A DNA stretch of 64,000 bases from Strigamia acuminata (lineage: Eukaryota), in NCBI GenBank assembly GCA_949358305.1, contig OX442314.1, positions 7,688,001-7,752,000 on the forward strand, read 5' to 3'. The translations under genes were made by a program, and so were the position numbers. How positions within the stretch are numbered: the stretch's first letter is position 1; each line of letters starts with the position of its first letter. Positions 13,401 to 23,924 of the stretch are shown here, in pieces. A model generated the notes under the pieces. That model was not told the DNA's origin and did not search any database. It worked only from the letters and a program-made list of their open reading frames with translations.

Positions 13401-14881
13401 TTATGCCACGTGTCGACAGAAACTGCAAAACTTTGCACAACAGGTGCAGGTTGTTGGGAAACAATTTCATAACTTGGACTCTTGCTCTGTAATTGCTCAA
13501 TTCGTTTTACATCTTTCTGTACAATCAATGGTGAAACTTGGGTAACATTTTGAGAAACTGAATTCAAATTATTAACGATGGCATTTGTCATATTCTCATT
13601 CATTTGAACCTTTCCTTGGACACGATACAATCCATCTGACTGCCTGTTTGCTAACAATAAACACTCCTTGTTATTTTGTAAATACACTCTTAACACACCA
13701 TTGTATATGTGTTGATTGAATCCAGCTTCATCAATTTTCCCACTTGAAATCAAATTGCGTTTGAAACCCTCGACAAAATAAACATTTATTAAGTCCACAT
13801 GGTTGTGGATTCCATTTGCAATTGTGCTGATACATACAGCACCACAGCCAGTAATACTAGCTGTGCCCTGACCCAATTGTAATTTTGTAGGAGGTAATGA
13901 CTTGAAAGTCTGGAAATATTCCAATTTCCCGCATACGTGATCTGATGCACCGGAATCCACAAACCATGCGTCCTCATCACATACTTTTTCAATTGAATTG
14001 GACACACTTTCCCCCAAAAATGATGCATAAAAGGCTCCACGTAAACCCTTGCCTCGTTGGGGCTGTCCGCGCCCTTTGCCACGTCCACGAGTGTTGTCCT
14101 GTTGTTTTGTATTTGGCATTTGACAGTTCCGTGCAATATGTCCCTTTTCGTGGCAATTGTAACATAAAATATTGGAAAAGTTGCTCTTACCTCCTTTGTT
14201 GTCTTGTTTCCTCGATCCTTGTTGATTGTTGGAAGCACTGACACTGAGAGCACTAGATTCCATCGTTGGAGAACTCGTTCCTGTCGTGTATCGACGACGT
14301 GCACTCTCGGCAAGCAATGCCTCGGAAACTTTATCAAACGTGAAGTCCCCGTCACTCCACTGGTAAATAGCCTGCACTTGATGTTCGTAGTCTTTACGAA
14401 TTCTATTTATTAAAGTGTAGGCTTTTACTTTGTCGTTCGGCTCTTGTTTTATTGATTTCAATTCGTCCGCTGCCAATTCGACACGTGTGATGAACGTATC
14501 GACTTCCTCTTTATCGCCGCAACGAATCGTGTAAAAATCCTCGAGAATCTTTGCATTTCTCGCGACTGACGTGGGTTCGTGAAGCTTTTTGAGGTAATCC
14601 CACACCTCCTTCGATGTGTCCAGCTTTAACAGCGACGGTTTCAGTCTGGTCGCGACGCTGTTGCACAAAATCCCACGTGCACGAGCTTTCCGCTTCTCGT
14701 ATTTAGCCAAGTCCGTTGCCGACGTTCCATCCGGCGGCGCTATAATTGTTTCGTCGTGGAATCCCCACAAATTGAGTTCCTGAAGCAACAATTGAACGTC
14801 CACTTTCCACGTCTCGTAGTTGTTTTTGTCAAGCGGCGCGATTCCTGCCGCCGCCGACGCCGCGCTTCCCTTCGACGCCAT
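10451..14881 (-). CDS. Copia Gag-Pol polyprotein (Gag, CCHC, PR, IN, MBD-like, RT, RNase H), 1476 aa
   Basis: CYNCHEKGHIARNC knuckle; WFVDSGAS protease; WHKRFAH...CDSC; RTDRGGEF; GWDREQVTRQGGVTAGRIDV (MBD-like); LIYVDDM; YTDASWA; NLADLFTK. Confidence 0.96.
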   Translation of the reverse strand: MASKGSAASAAAGIAPLDKNNYETWKVDVQLLLQELNLWGFHDETIIAPPDGTSATDLAKYEKRKARARGILCNSVATRLKPSLLKLDTSKEVWDYLKKLHEPTSVARNAKILEDFYTIRCGDKEEVDTFITRVELAADELKSIKQEPNDKVKAYTLINRIRKDYEHQVQAIYQWSDGDFTFDKVSEALLAESARRRYTTGTSSPTMESSALSVSASNNQQGSRKQDNKGGKSNFSNILCYNCHEKGHIARNCQMPNTKQQDNTRGRGKGRGQPQRGKGLRGAFYASFLGESVSNSIEKVCDEDAWFVDSGASDHVCGKLEYFQTFKSLPPTKLQLGQGTASITGCGAVCISTIANGIHNHVDLINVYFVEGFKRNLISSGKIDEAGFNQHIYNGVLRVYLQNNKECLLLANRQSDGLYRVQGKVQMNENMTNAIVNNLNSVSQNVTQVSPLIVQKDVKRIEQLQSKSPSYEIVSQQPAPVVQSFAVSVDTWHKRFAHMHVQGLATLLKSEETTGLDFTGNLNNFACDSCRIAKSTRANYKVRDDRERGEPLELLHIDVWGPNPTTSLGGARYLLCIVDDATRFSWVYPMKTKDEAFPIFKTFLARVERRSNRKVHEIRTDRGGEFCSKEFDSFLQQKGIGAQRTNPYSAQMNGIAERLNRSILNNVRAIIEDTNLPWILWAELAVSYIYLKNRYPHLFAKGQIPYIKFRQRSMAVKHLRAIGSLYFVHIPKPKRASKLDSRAWKGILVGYAFTTRGYRVWNPITNEVVETKHLVIDESRDWKSFNAVDINVQQPDLDTNGYDSDESGLYQQEFHDPMPPTTPPGSPPVVRKVPAPLAQVPPQVGPMAQAPIPTQPVQGGAKVKKPRIATRTTDADGWDREQVTRQGGVTAGRIDVLFYAPDGTGPLKTKKEVEAFCRGNRIFYNPLKFDFTPVKEPINTIEQSSDEEPMETVLTATTPPISVYCAVTQPKTYEEAASSPQSKEWREAMEEEIETLQEREVYEEVPRPKAKVLGHKWVYKLKPDEDGNIVRYRARVVAQGFRQTQGVDYTEVFSPVVNFTLIRLFFCLLVILRGWVDVHLDVKCAYLYGKLDCPIHMEIPQGFKTPGTDNVWLLYKSLYGLHQSGRMWFEELNTSLLDLGFTKVIGCNCVYTFDRSAVLLIYVDDMILFAKDVETQSALIDLIKRKFNIVNLGRITKLLGVKFYRENGKVCLHQKHFIDKLAVKFNLTENTKVRVPIAAGSTFNHNVKEVDPNSDFPYRSLVGSLMFLASRTRPDILYSTIYMSQFNTSYTQKHVKALVQIAQYVVNTKNYCVNLSKCANTDLRIYTDASWATDLHHCKSFGGFALFMGDALISWGCRKQSSVACSTMEAEYLALVHAVQEGYWLSSIFESCVLFDYINMPIVYSDSLSSIQFVENDLENSKTKHIRIRYCFLRDWFEKEYFSIEKIPTKWNLADLFTKWLPQDRLKDLCADMLDV

Positions 14882-14929
14882 TTTTCCGTCGTATCGTCGC
14901 TATTTTCCGTCGATATCGGGTTTTAGCAG

Positions 14930-14947
14930 AACCATCCTCTGCTACCA
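14930..14947 (-). promoter_or_regulatory. Primer binding site, 3' end of initiator tRNA-Met
   Basis: Minus strand TGGTAGCAGAGGATGGTT directly after the 5' LTR. Confidence 0.9.
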
Positions 14948-15807
14948 TGTAGGACACTCGCCAAAATATTCATAAACGCAGTGGAAATAATAAAATACCC
15001 GATATATGAATGTCCTATCCAATAAATCGTCAAACGTCGGGCGGCGCGTCGTTAGGCTTTCCGGCGATGCGTATGCTCGGCGTCGTTTGCGTTGTGGAAA
15101 CGTTCGCTCCTCGGGACGTGTATTCAACGTGAAATACAACGAAAATAAATATAAAGTTTTGTAAAATAAATGTACTCACATGTGATAATGTTATATTATC
15201 ACATATTAACCAATGTGAAACCAATGTCTGGGTTTCACAATCCAAGCTGTGTTCAAATGTAGTTGAATCTTAAATGTAATGTCCAAAACTGTTAGTTTTC
15301 CATGTCTAGAAAATAGGTGAAGTTGGTCCAATCTGGGCCTATTTTCATGAATGTATAATGAGGTGTCTGGCAGAAGAAAAACACACGTACACGGTTGAAA
15401 ACTAAAACAGAATGAATGACTTTTATTCTGGTGACGTCATTGAATTTACACACAGTACAAATCTTATGACAAAACGAAAAAGGTAATAAATAAAGATACA
15501 ATCTCTCACCACGATGATGTCATTGCTTTGACATCATCACCACAGACTAACACGTTACGAGAACGTTAACACATTGCGTGTGGCGCCCTCGTACCGCATA
15601 CAAGCAACAACACTATAACATTTTACATCAAATAAGCCGAAATTCATCCAGTTTATACAATAAACTATCAGCATATATCAAACCATTTACTGATACAAAT
15701 ATGCTTTCACAATTTCGACTTAAGACTCTAAATTCTCGTATCGAAACAATGTTATACAATTCAATTATCAGATTTTAACGTCTAACAATTATCTCTTTAT
15801 GTAACAA

Positions 15808-18800
15808 TTACCCTATCTGGTCCTTCAGCGCGATAGCGGGCAACTTCCCTCCGCGGGGACGTAGGATTGGGAGATTAACGGCTGGCGGTGGCGGAGGAAG
15901 GCCATCGGGCAGCGACGTGGTCAGATTCGTCGGATTCTCCGATTCGTTAATGAAGAATTGAGCGTGGCCGGGAGGTCCGTCCGTGCTGCTTCTTCTTTCA
16001 TGTACCCAGATTTGGGTCGAAGCGGGGAAGCGGCCGGGACATCGACGCATCCGATGCGATTCCGGCGGTGTGAGGGGCTCTCGGTGAGCCCGCTGGAGTC
16101 GTTGATGGAGGATCGGGTCGTTGGTCAACCTGATTTCCTTCGCCATCCATTGCAGGAACGATTCACCTTGGCGGTGAGTGGCCAATAACGCTCGGCGCGT
16201 TGTCTCCGACATTTGTAAATTCGGATATTCTACTTCCAGTCGTAGATAGAGCTGGGTCGGCGCAGGTGCCGGTGTAGGCAGTGGCGGGGGAGACGGCGGT
16301 AGTGGAATCTCCAGTGGTGGAGTGTTCTCCTCTATGGACAGGGCGTCCATGCTCGTAGAAGGCGGCGAGGGCGATGGCAGCGGTGGAGTTCGAGGCCCCT
16401 TGCGCGATCGCTTCGGGACCAGCTTCGGTCGCTTACTCGTCCTTCGTTCCTTCGGGAATACCGGCTTCGGAGTCGGGATATAACTCCGGGAGGCAGGCTC
16501 GGGAGGAACCGTCTCGGCCACCACGATGGGGCGGACGGCCTCCTCTTTATCGGACGCCTCTTCGGCGACCTTTCGCAGCAACGTCGGGTGGACCCCTGGG
16601 TTTTTGTAGCGGAATGCCATCAAACGCATCTTCGCGAACTGGAAATTCGGGTTTTCCATGGAGCGGGCCAACTCGAATCGGAGGTCGGCCGCGGCTGGCG
16701 TGAACTCGGCCCAAAGTTGGTAGAGGGCCCTGTTTAGAAAGACGCCCTCTCTGTCGATTATGGTCCAGGCGGCCATCGACTGTCGGCCGTCCAGGAAGAG
16801 GGCGGGAGACAGGATTTCGGACATCACGCGTGTTACCTCGGCGTTTAAGCTGCTCCGGCTGATCGGCAGGGCACGGTTTGGATCTGCCGAAAAAGTGGCG
16901 GATAGTTTGCGCATTTGGGCTATCGCCCAATTGATGTGCTCCGTCTGAGCGGCGTCAGCCTGCGTCAAGGCCCGTTCGGCGGTAGCGGGGTGCTCGCATT
17001 CGGCCTGGTGGGCCTGTAGTTCCCCCAAGGTGGGATTCGCTGCCTCTCGTCGGTTTCGGGCATCCCGCTCTTTCTCTTCGTACCACATGGCGTCACGAGC
17101 CGGCCTCGGTGCCTGAGTTGGCGGAGGAACTGGCGGGGGAGCTAGTCCTGGTGGTTGGTGCGGGACGTATTCTAGGAACGCCTCGCCTGGTCGCATGTTT
17201 CCAGGGGGCGTCCATCTAGTTATGGCTGGTGGTGGGGCCTCGAGGAGAGGCGGCCAGCTTGGTTGGACCGGATGGAAGGTTGGTGTGGGTGGCGCGAGCG
17301 CGGTTTGGTCCGTAGAGGGCGTTGGCCGGTTCGCGGAGAATCCGCGAAAGGCGTTGGTGAGCACTTCGGCCAGTTCTCTTCGGGACATGGGCTGTTCCGT
17401 TTTTGGCCCTTCGTCCAAATCCATTTTTTCTTCAATGGTTTCGCACCATCCTTCGGGTCCCTTCTTCCGATTGGGGAACGACACGGCTGCGGGTTCGGCT
17501 CTGGGCGAGTCCGAACTACCGGCGGCGGTCGGTCTCTTCTCGGTGGCGGCGAGTTTCGCCAACAGGGTTTGCATCCTCTGCCTGCGGCGAGCTCTGCTCT
17601 TCCGGTTGCGCCTAGTGTTGGCGGTTTCGACGTACGAAGGGGTTACCGAGTTTCTTCGGATTTTGTACGGGGGTTCCGCTTGGTCGAACATGGTCGACTC
17701 TTCGTCCGACGGCCGGACGGTACGCACTAGGAAGAGAGAGGGCGCGGCTGTGGTCGCCGCTTGTCTCTCCTGTTCGTCGACCTGGTCGCTCCACGAGTTG
17801 GAAGGTCCGGCCTCTGGATTTATTCGTAATTCGCGGGATGAGGCGGGTACTATTACGACGGAGCGCAGGCCTCCCGACTGGGTGGCCGTTTGAATTCTTA
17901 AGTCGGAATTGTTCGAATGGCCGGGTTGCGTCCCGCTCGTCGACGGGCCGCTCTCCTCGGTGGAAAGGGCCTGCCTACTCGGAGCGGGGCCGCTGTTTGA
18001 GCTTGAGGCCTGTCTCTTCAGCCTCCTGACTCGTGTGCCGCTCTGAAGGATGCCGACTTGATGCAGCTGCCACATTTCGGCTTGAGTGGCGACGAAGCCA
18101 ACGGGCGGCACCCACGGTGTTGCTTGGCGGTCTTCGCGGACTTCACGCAACCATTCTCTAATTTCTCCTGTCGAGAAACCATTCCGTTCCAAGGTTCGTG
18201 TCGCGGCACTGGTTGCCGTTCGCTCTAGGTGAGCGATTTCCTCGCGGACGATTCGTCTCCGCTCTTCTGGCGTTGCGGCGTTGCGCCACCGAAGGCCGGT
18301 GTATTCGTCTGCCTCGGTACCACCGTACCGAGCTCGAAGTAGCTCTGAAAAAATAGGGCTCGACGGATCGAAATCGGGATCGATCCGTGGCCCCACCCTT
18401 TCTCGCATTTGCCTGGGCAAACATTCGATCAGCGTCCTGGGTCGGTCAAAGAATTCTTCGATCGCTCGGGAGTAGCGTAATCTCAGGGCCCAGACATCGG
18501 TGTCTTCCTCTGGATAGGCTAGCCGGATAAATTCTGGCATCGCTAGCCGGAAGATGTTACCCTTGGTGGGCACTGTAGACGGCAGGGCGTCCCATGATTG
18601 TAGCGGGTCGATCTGAAGCGTTAAATACATTTTAATTTCGATACCCTTTTTATAAATATTTGGAATAAAAATTGTGAGATCGGCGGTGGCACCAAAATTT
18701 CTTTCGGTTGTGGCCGCTCCTCTCTGTCCTGATTATTCGCAGGTCCGCGGTGGTTGGCCGCTGGTGTAGCTCAGTCTTTCTCTTGCTACCTTTTTTTAGA

Positions 18801-19273
18801 TTCAGGAGGTCCGCTCAAAACAACGTCGCGTAATATAAAAGAATCGGTTGTTTTTGTTTAAGCTTTTCTACTCGTATTTTAATTTATTACGAAGTTTCAA
18901 CGTTACTTTAAGGTTTTAATTTTTTCTAAGTTTTAGCGACGCCATCTTGGCAAACAATTCCTTTGTCTGGGTTTGGAGATCGGAGATCTTCGAGCACGAA
19001 AAAGGTTTCCGCGCCCGAGCTCCGATTCTACCGAAAATCAACAAAATAAATACAAAAAGAATTCATCAGTCAAGTTATCACGCGCCACAATCCGACATGG
19101 TGTCGGATGTCGGCGGATTACATTTTCGATCTTACGGGAAGATCTCATGTTACCTGTGGTTGTTGCTCCGGCTCATCCCAATTTTCTTCCTCCGCCTCGA
19201 TGACCAATCCTTCGCTCTCGTCTCTGGAGGACGAGGCGTCGGGGTCAATTCTCGGGTTGCGTCGATCGGCCAT
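15808..19273 (-). CDS. Gypsy-B ORF3, unknown non-env protein; predicted exons 19273-19154 and 18612-15808
   Basis: 940-codon open frame 15808-18630; upstream 40-codon exon MADRRNP...EQQPQ ends at CAG|GTAACA and joins in phase 0 to TTCAG|ATC; Pro/Arg/Ser-rich with no obvious signal peptide or TM segment. Confidence 0.7.
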
Positions 19274-19674
19274 AAAGAAAAACTCAGATTGCTCAACTTG
19301 AAAGAAAGAGGTTTTTTCTACTTTCACGGTGAAAGAGAGAGAACGCGTGCTTTTGCTTTCAAGAAAACAAACGGAAGTGGAACCGACCGGCGCAGAGGAT
19401 TATGGGTCACGGACGCGTCTCGTACGGTACGAGACTTGTCCGTGCGAGCGTGGAGCTACGGGGCCGACGTATGCGATCGAGCCGTGCGCATGTTACGCTA
19501 CGGGGTTTCGACCGATACGTCATGCAATCTCGCTTTTCGATATTGACGGTGATAACTGACGACGAAGTTCGGACTTAGCCGAATTTTATGTCTCGACATG
19601 CGTTGCAGCTCTCGTAAGTGAATTTCTTCAATTTTACGACGCCGCAATCATATGTTTTGACCGTTTTCTTTCTT

Positions 19675-22600
19675 TTAGTTTCTCCCGGTGATTTTTCCGT
19701 CTTGGATGAACGGATTCTTCGATTTTCGCGGTCGAAGGTTGCGTTTTTGCTCGCGAGTGGTATCGGCTCCCACTTGGTCGCTCATCTCCGATGTTGCGGT
19801 ATTGTTTACTTCTTCTAATTTTGTTTTTTCTTTTTCAGAAGTATTTTCTTCTGCTTCCTCCCTCTCCGAGACTGTTTGCTCCGCTTGATCGGGAGCATCT
19901 GCGGGTTGGGATTCGGCGTCGAAAAATTCGTCATCTTCGTCTGCTCCTTCGCCAATTTCGTTGTTATTTTGGAATGTGTCGACCACTGTGCCACCTTGGC
20001 CGCTGTGCGTCTGACCTTCCAGCCATATTTCTTGGCGAAATTCTGGTAGATATGGTTTTAATTCCCGGCCGTTGATCGATTGGAAATTTTTATTATCTGT
20101 TAATCTGCGCAATTGGTAGGCGTTGCCGCCGTGTTCTGCCACAATTACATAGGGTCCGTCCCTTTTGTCGGCCAGACCCGCGGCAATGCCCCTCGCAGCA
20201 TTCGATAATATGTGTGTTTCCTTCCACACCAGGTCGTTGACCTTGAAATTCGTGAATTCCAATTCTCCTTCTTTTTCTGCGACTCTTTCCCGTAGGTCAA
20301 AGATGTGAGTCATTAGGTGCTGATATGTGTCGGAAATCGTCTGTTCCAAACGACATACGTACTCGTGTGGGTTAGCGGGGTCCAGTACATTCACTGCCTC
20401 CGCAACTCGCGGGTCCCACGGCATTCTTAGTTCGCGGGCGAAATTAAGAAACGCGGGTGAGAAGTCGCGTGTTCGTGAAACGGTGGAGCGAATGCTGAAA
20501 GCTATCTCACGTAGATACTCATCCCACCGATTGTGTACGTCGGTGAACACCGTCAAAGCGTATTTCACGTCTTTGTTTAGCCTTTCTACGGGGTTCGTTT
20601 GAGGATTATAAGTGGAGGTGTTTGAAATCTCCATCTTAAATTTCTTGCAGAACTCCTTGTATATTTTGGACCTGAATTGGGGCCCGTTGTCGGAAATGAG
20701 CTTCCGGGGGAACCCAAATCGCAGCGCCACGTCGTAAAGACACTCGGCGATATTTTCCGCCGAGGGCTTCGCGAGGGCGTACAACTCGGGCCAACGGGTC
20801 GCTACGTCCATAATTACAAGTATATACATGTTGCGGTTGCTTGTTGTGGGCTTGGGGCCCATCAAGTCAACACTCCAACAGTCAAAGGGAGCATAGGGGC
20901 CGAGAGACATTGTGTTTCTGGCCACCTTGTCGCGAGGTCGACATGCTTGGCACCGGGAGCAGTGACGAATAAATTTCGTTATTTTCTGGCGGGCTCCGGG
21001 CCAAAAAAATATCTGCTTCACGCGGTACAACGTTCTTGCTATGCCGGCGTGGCTAGCGAGTGGGTGCCCGTGCATCAGCCACAGCAATCGGGTGTGTAGC
21101 GAGACAGGCACCACCACTTTTATCGCGTTTCCCGCTCCGCTAAGGTCGTCCTGAAACGTCGGGTGGTATTTGAGTAGCAACCCGTCGTCTATCAGGTAGC
21201 TGGTGGCTTCCTTGGCAAATTGCTTTCTGCGATGAGGACTCGTCATGTCGACCGGATATTCCCCCTTTTCTAGGAATCGAGTCATTATCTGACATTTGGC
21301 GTCGGTCGCCTGATGTTCGATGAACTCGAGTCTTGTTGGCGGCGCGTATTGCGTTTTCTTTTCTATTGCGGCCGTGAAGGCTCGCAGTAGAGTTTTTGGG
21401 GCCTCTGGGACGACCGGAGGTTTTGTTTCCGTGGTTGTGTCAGTTGTTCCAGCTGGTTGGTACGTCCGAGTCCAGAAACCACAGAAAGTTTTATCAGCGG
21501 GTTCCATCACGGGCAATTCGTTCGCTTTACGGAGGCGCCAAATCCGTCTGGGCGTCGGGCAATAAAGTAGACGCGAATCGTCTTCGCCGTCGTCGTCCGG
21601 ACCATGGGGGTCGGACGCCGGGGCTCGCGATAAAGCGTCGGCTACCTGATTGAATTTTCCGGGGCGATATGTTATTGTTATGTCGCACGCCATGAGTTCG
21701 AGTTGCCATCTGGCGAGTCTGCCGGATGGTTCTTTTAACTTCATCAACCAACTTAATGCCTGATGATCGGTCTGCACCTCGAAATTCGTATACTCTAGGT
21801 AGTCACGAAATTTCCGAACAGCCCATATTACGGCTAAGCACTCCAGTTCTGTAGCCGTGTAGTTTTTCTCGGCTCCCTGTATTTTTCGACTTATGAACAT
21901 ACAGGGTACTTCTTGCTCTACTCCGTTATACGTGTGTTTTTGCAAGAGGGCTGCTCCCAAGCCAACTCGGCTGGCGTCGGTATGCAGTACGAACGGTCGG
22001 TTTAGATCGGGTAACGGCATTTTGTCGACGTCGGCCAACATTTGCTTTATGGCGCTGAAGGCGGCCTCGCATTCGGCCGTCCATGCGAAATCGCGGTCGG
22101 TTCGCAGGAGGTCCGTTACGGGCGCGGCTACTTCTGCCAAATTGGGGAGCAGTCTGCCGAAAAAATTAATCATCCCCATGAATCTCTGGACTCCCTTTAT
22201 ATCTTCGGGTGCCAGGAATCCGTTTATTGCTCGTACTTTTTCGGGATCAATGGCGATCCCTTCAACTCCGATTCGATAGCCTAGGAAGGCAAGTTCTTTT
22301 CTACAGAACTTGCTCTTTCCGGGGTGGACATGGAGTCCAGCTTTGGCTAAGCGGGAGACCACTCGGTCTATGTGCTCTATGTGTTCCTCAAAAGTGTCTG
22401 ACGCAATAATGATATCGTCGAGATAAGCCCATACGAAATCATGTAACATGTCTCCGAGGACGCTTTCGATTAACTTTTGAAATGTGCTTGGTGCGTTCAC
22501 TAGTCCGAATGGCATTACGTTGAACATTAATCGCCCTATCGGCGAGTAAAACGCTGTCTTTAGCTTATCTTCTGGTCGGAGTTCGACCTGCCAGTACCCT

Positions 22601-23592
22601 TTTGATAGGTCCATGGTGGTTACCCAATTAAATGGAGCCAGCTCTCGGAGAATCGCTTCGATGGAGGGCATCTGTATCGGGTCTATCACCGTTATCGCAT
22701 TGAGCGGGCGGTAGTCGATACACAAGCGAGGCTCGGAGCCGGGTCGCATTACTAGGACGATCCTCATCGCGTATTCGCCCAATGCTTCTGTGACGATGCC
22801 TTTATCGAGCATGTCCTGACACATCTGGGTCACTATGTCCCGTTTTTGGGGATTCATCCCCTTGTATGGCACGCGAATCGGTTTGTCCGTCGTCAGTACG
22901 ATCTCGTGTACGGCTTCGGTCGTCCTTCCGGGCGTTTTGGTGAGGATCCTTTCGTGCTTGCGAAGCACTCGTTTTAATAACGATGCCTCGTTGACTTGTA
23001 GAGCGGCTTCCTCGACCAACGTGTCCACCATGTTACTTCTTTGTAATTCCAGAGCGAAGGCTACGAAATCGTAATCCTGTACGAATTTTCGCAGTCCTCT
23101 CTCGTATTCCTCCTTCTCTTGGGCCTCGTCCAGTAATTTTTGGGGTACTACTGGAATGGGCCTTTCACCTTCGGGGCTTATCCAATTCCACGATCTCGTT
23201 ATCGGATTTGGCTGTATTTTTAGTTTAGCCATGATGTCGATTCCGAGGAGGAACACCTTGTCGTGGGATGGCAGCACCAAGAAGGGGTGGGATAGGTTCC
23301 CTCCCCTCCAATCGATGGTAATTTTTATTACGCCTCTTGGCTTTACATAGCCATTAGCCGTGAGTAATTCCACATTCTCATTCACTTTCATCATTTTGTC
23401 TTCGATGTCTAGGCTCTCGACCAGATCTTCGGATATGAAAGAACGATCCGCTCCGGAATCCAGCAGTCCCAGTAACTTTTGGTTTTCAATCGTCACTGGC
23501 AACATGCAGAGCGTCTCGCAATGTGACTTCGAGACATTGCAGTGAAATACTCGCAATTCTTGCGGTACGACGTCTAGGTCAAACGGGAGTTC
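19675..23592 (-). CDS. pol: Gypsy-B Pol (PR-RT-RH-IN); its N-terminal part (29526-29755) is separated by the Copia-2 insertion
   Basis: LLDSGAD; YLDD; LHTDAS; TDHQAL; H-H-C-C zinc motif; SDNG; RDGPY; the frame is continuous (GNWAE-LPFDLD...LRVFHC) once Copia-2 and one TSD are removed. Confidence 0.93.
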   Translation of the reverse strand, partial: ELPFDLDVVPQELRVFHCNVSKSHCETLCMLPVTIENQKLLGLLDSGADRSFISEDLVESLDIEDKMMKVNENVELLTANGYVKPRGVIKITIDWRGGNLSHPFLVLPSHDKVFLLGIDIMAKLKIQPNPITRSWNWISPEGERPIPVVPQKLLDEAQEKEEYERGLRKFVQDYDFVAFALELQRSNMVDTLVEEAALQVNEASLLKRVLRKHERILTKTPGRTTEAVHEIVLTTDKPIRVPYKGMNPQKRDIVTQMCQDMLDKGIVTEALGEYAMRIVLVMRPGSEPRLCIDYRPLNAITVIDPIQMPSIEAILRELAPFNWVTTMDLSKGYWQVELRPEDKLKTAFYSPIGRLMFNVMPFGLVNAPSTFQKLIESVLGDMLHDFVWAYLDDIIIASDTFEEHIEHIDRVVSRLAKAGLHVHPGKSKFCRKELAFLGYRIGVEGIAIDPEKVRAINGFLAPEDIKGVQRFMGMINFFGRLLPNLAEVAAPVTDLLRTDRDFAWTAECEAAFSAIKQMLADVDKMPLPDLNRPFVLHTDASRVGLGAALLQKHTYNGVEQEVPCMFISRKIQGAEKNYTATELECLAVIWAVRKFRDYLEYTNFEVQTDHQALSWLMKLKEPSGRLARWQLELMACDITITYRPGKFNQVADALSRAPASDPHGPDDDGEDDSRLLYCPTPRRIWRLRKANELPVMEPADKTFCGFWTRTYQPAGTTDTTTETKPPVVPEAPKTLLRAFTAAIEKKTQYAPPTRLEFIEHQATDAKCQIMTRFLEKGEYPVDMTSPHRRKQFAKEATSYLIDDGLLLKYHPTFQDDLSGAGNAIKVVVPVSLHTRLLWLMHGHPLASHAGIARTLYRVKQIFFWPGARQKITKFIRHCSRCQACRPRDKVARNTMSLGPYAPFDCWSVDLMGPKPTTSNRNMYILVIMDVATRWPELYALAKPSAENIAECLYDVALRFGFPRKLISDNGPQFRSKIYKEFCKKFKMEISNTSTYNPQTNPVERLNKDVKYALTVFTDVHNRWDEYLREIAFSIRSTVSRTRDFSPAFLNFARELRMPWDPRVAEAVNVLDPANPHEYVCRLEQTISDTYQHLMTHIFDLRERVAEKEGELEFTNFKVNDLVWKETHILSNAARGIAAGLADKRDGPYVIVAEHGGNAYQLRRLTDNKNFQSINGRELKPYLPEFRQEIWLEGQTHSGQGGTVVDTFQNNNEIGEGADEDDEFFDAESQPADAPDQAEQTVSEREEAEENTSEKEKTKLEEVNNTATSEMSDQVGADTTREQKRNLRPRKSKNPFIQDGKITGRN

Positions 23593-23913
23593 TGTTAAGA
23601 TATAATGTATTTTGATAAGTAATCACTATTTACAACATGCGTGCATATATATCTTTGCGTATTATCATGTAACTAAGTGTTAGTGTATGTGTTTGGCCAA
23701 CGCGAGTGATCGCAATGTTTGTTTACATACAGTGTCTGTATGCTGCCTACAGGTGGCGCCTTTTTGCATTGAGGTCATGTGACCAATCAATAAAGATCAC
23801 TTGATGTTTTGGTTCTCACCTGTTAACATGATGTCTCTTTCTTTCACCTGATGTGTTTTTCCAATCCACTACATTTGTCACTATTTGCAGAAGTTTGCAA
23901 CACTATTTAACAA

Positions 23914-23924
23914 GGTTATGGGCC
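23914..23924 (+). promoter_or_regulatory. Copia-type PBS complementary to the internal (half-molecule) region of tRNA-iMet
   Basis: GGTTATGGGCC just after the 5' LTR, like the Drosophila copia PBS GGTTATGGGCCCAG. Confidence 0.75.

Larger units (their letters stand above)
9557..15806 (-). mobile_element. Copia-1 (CopiaMBD-type) LTR retrotransposon, intact, nested in Gypsy-B
   Basis: 859-bp LTRs at 9557-10415 and 14948-15806; 5-bp TSD ATTAC (9552-9556, 15807-15811); tRNA-iMet PBS; single long ORF. Confidence 0.96.

Noticed and set aside
16374..23545. Many antisense ORFs of 60-230 aa over ORF3 and pol
   Set aside because: Expected shadows of GC-rich coding sequence, mostly with non-ATG starts
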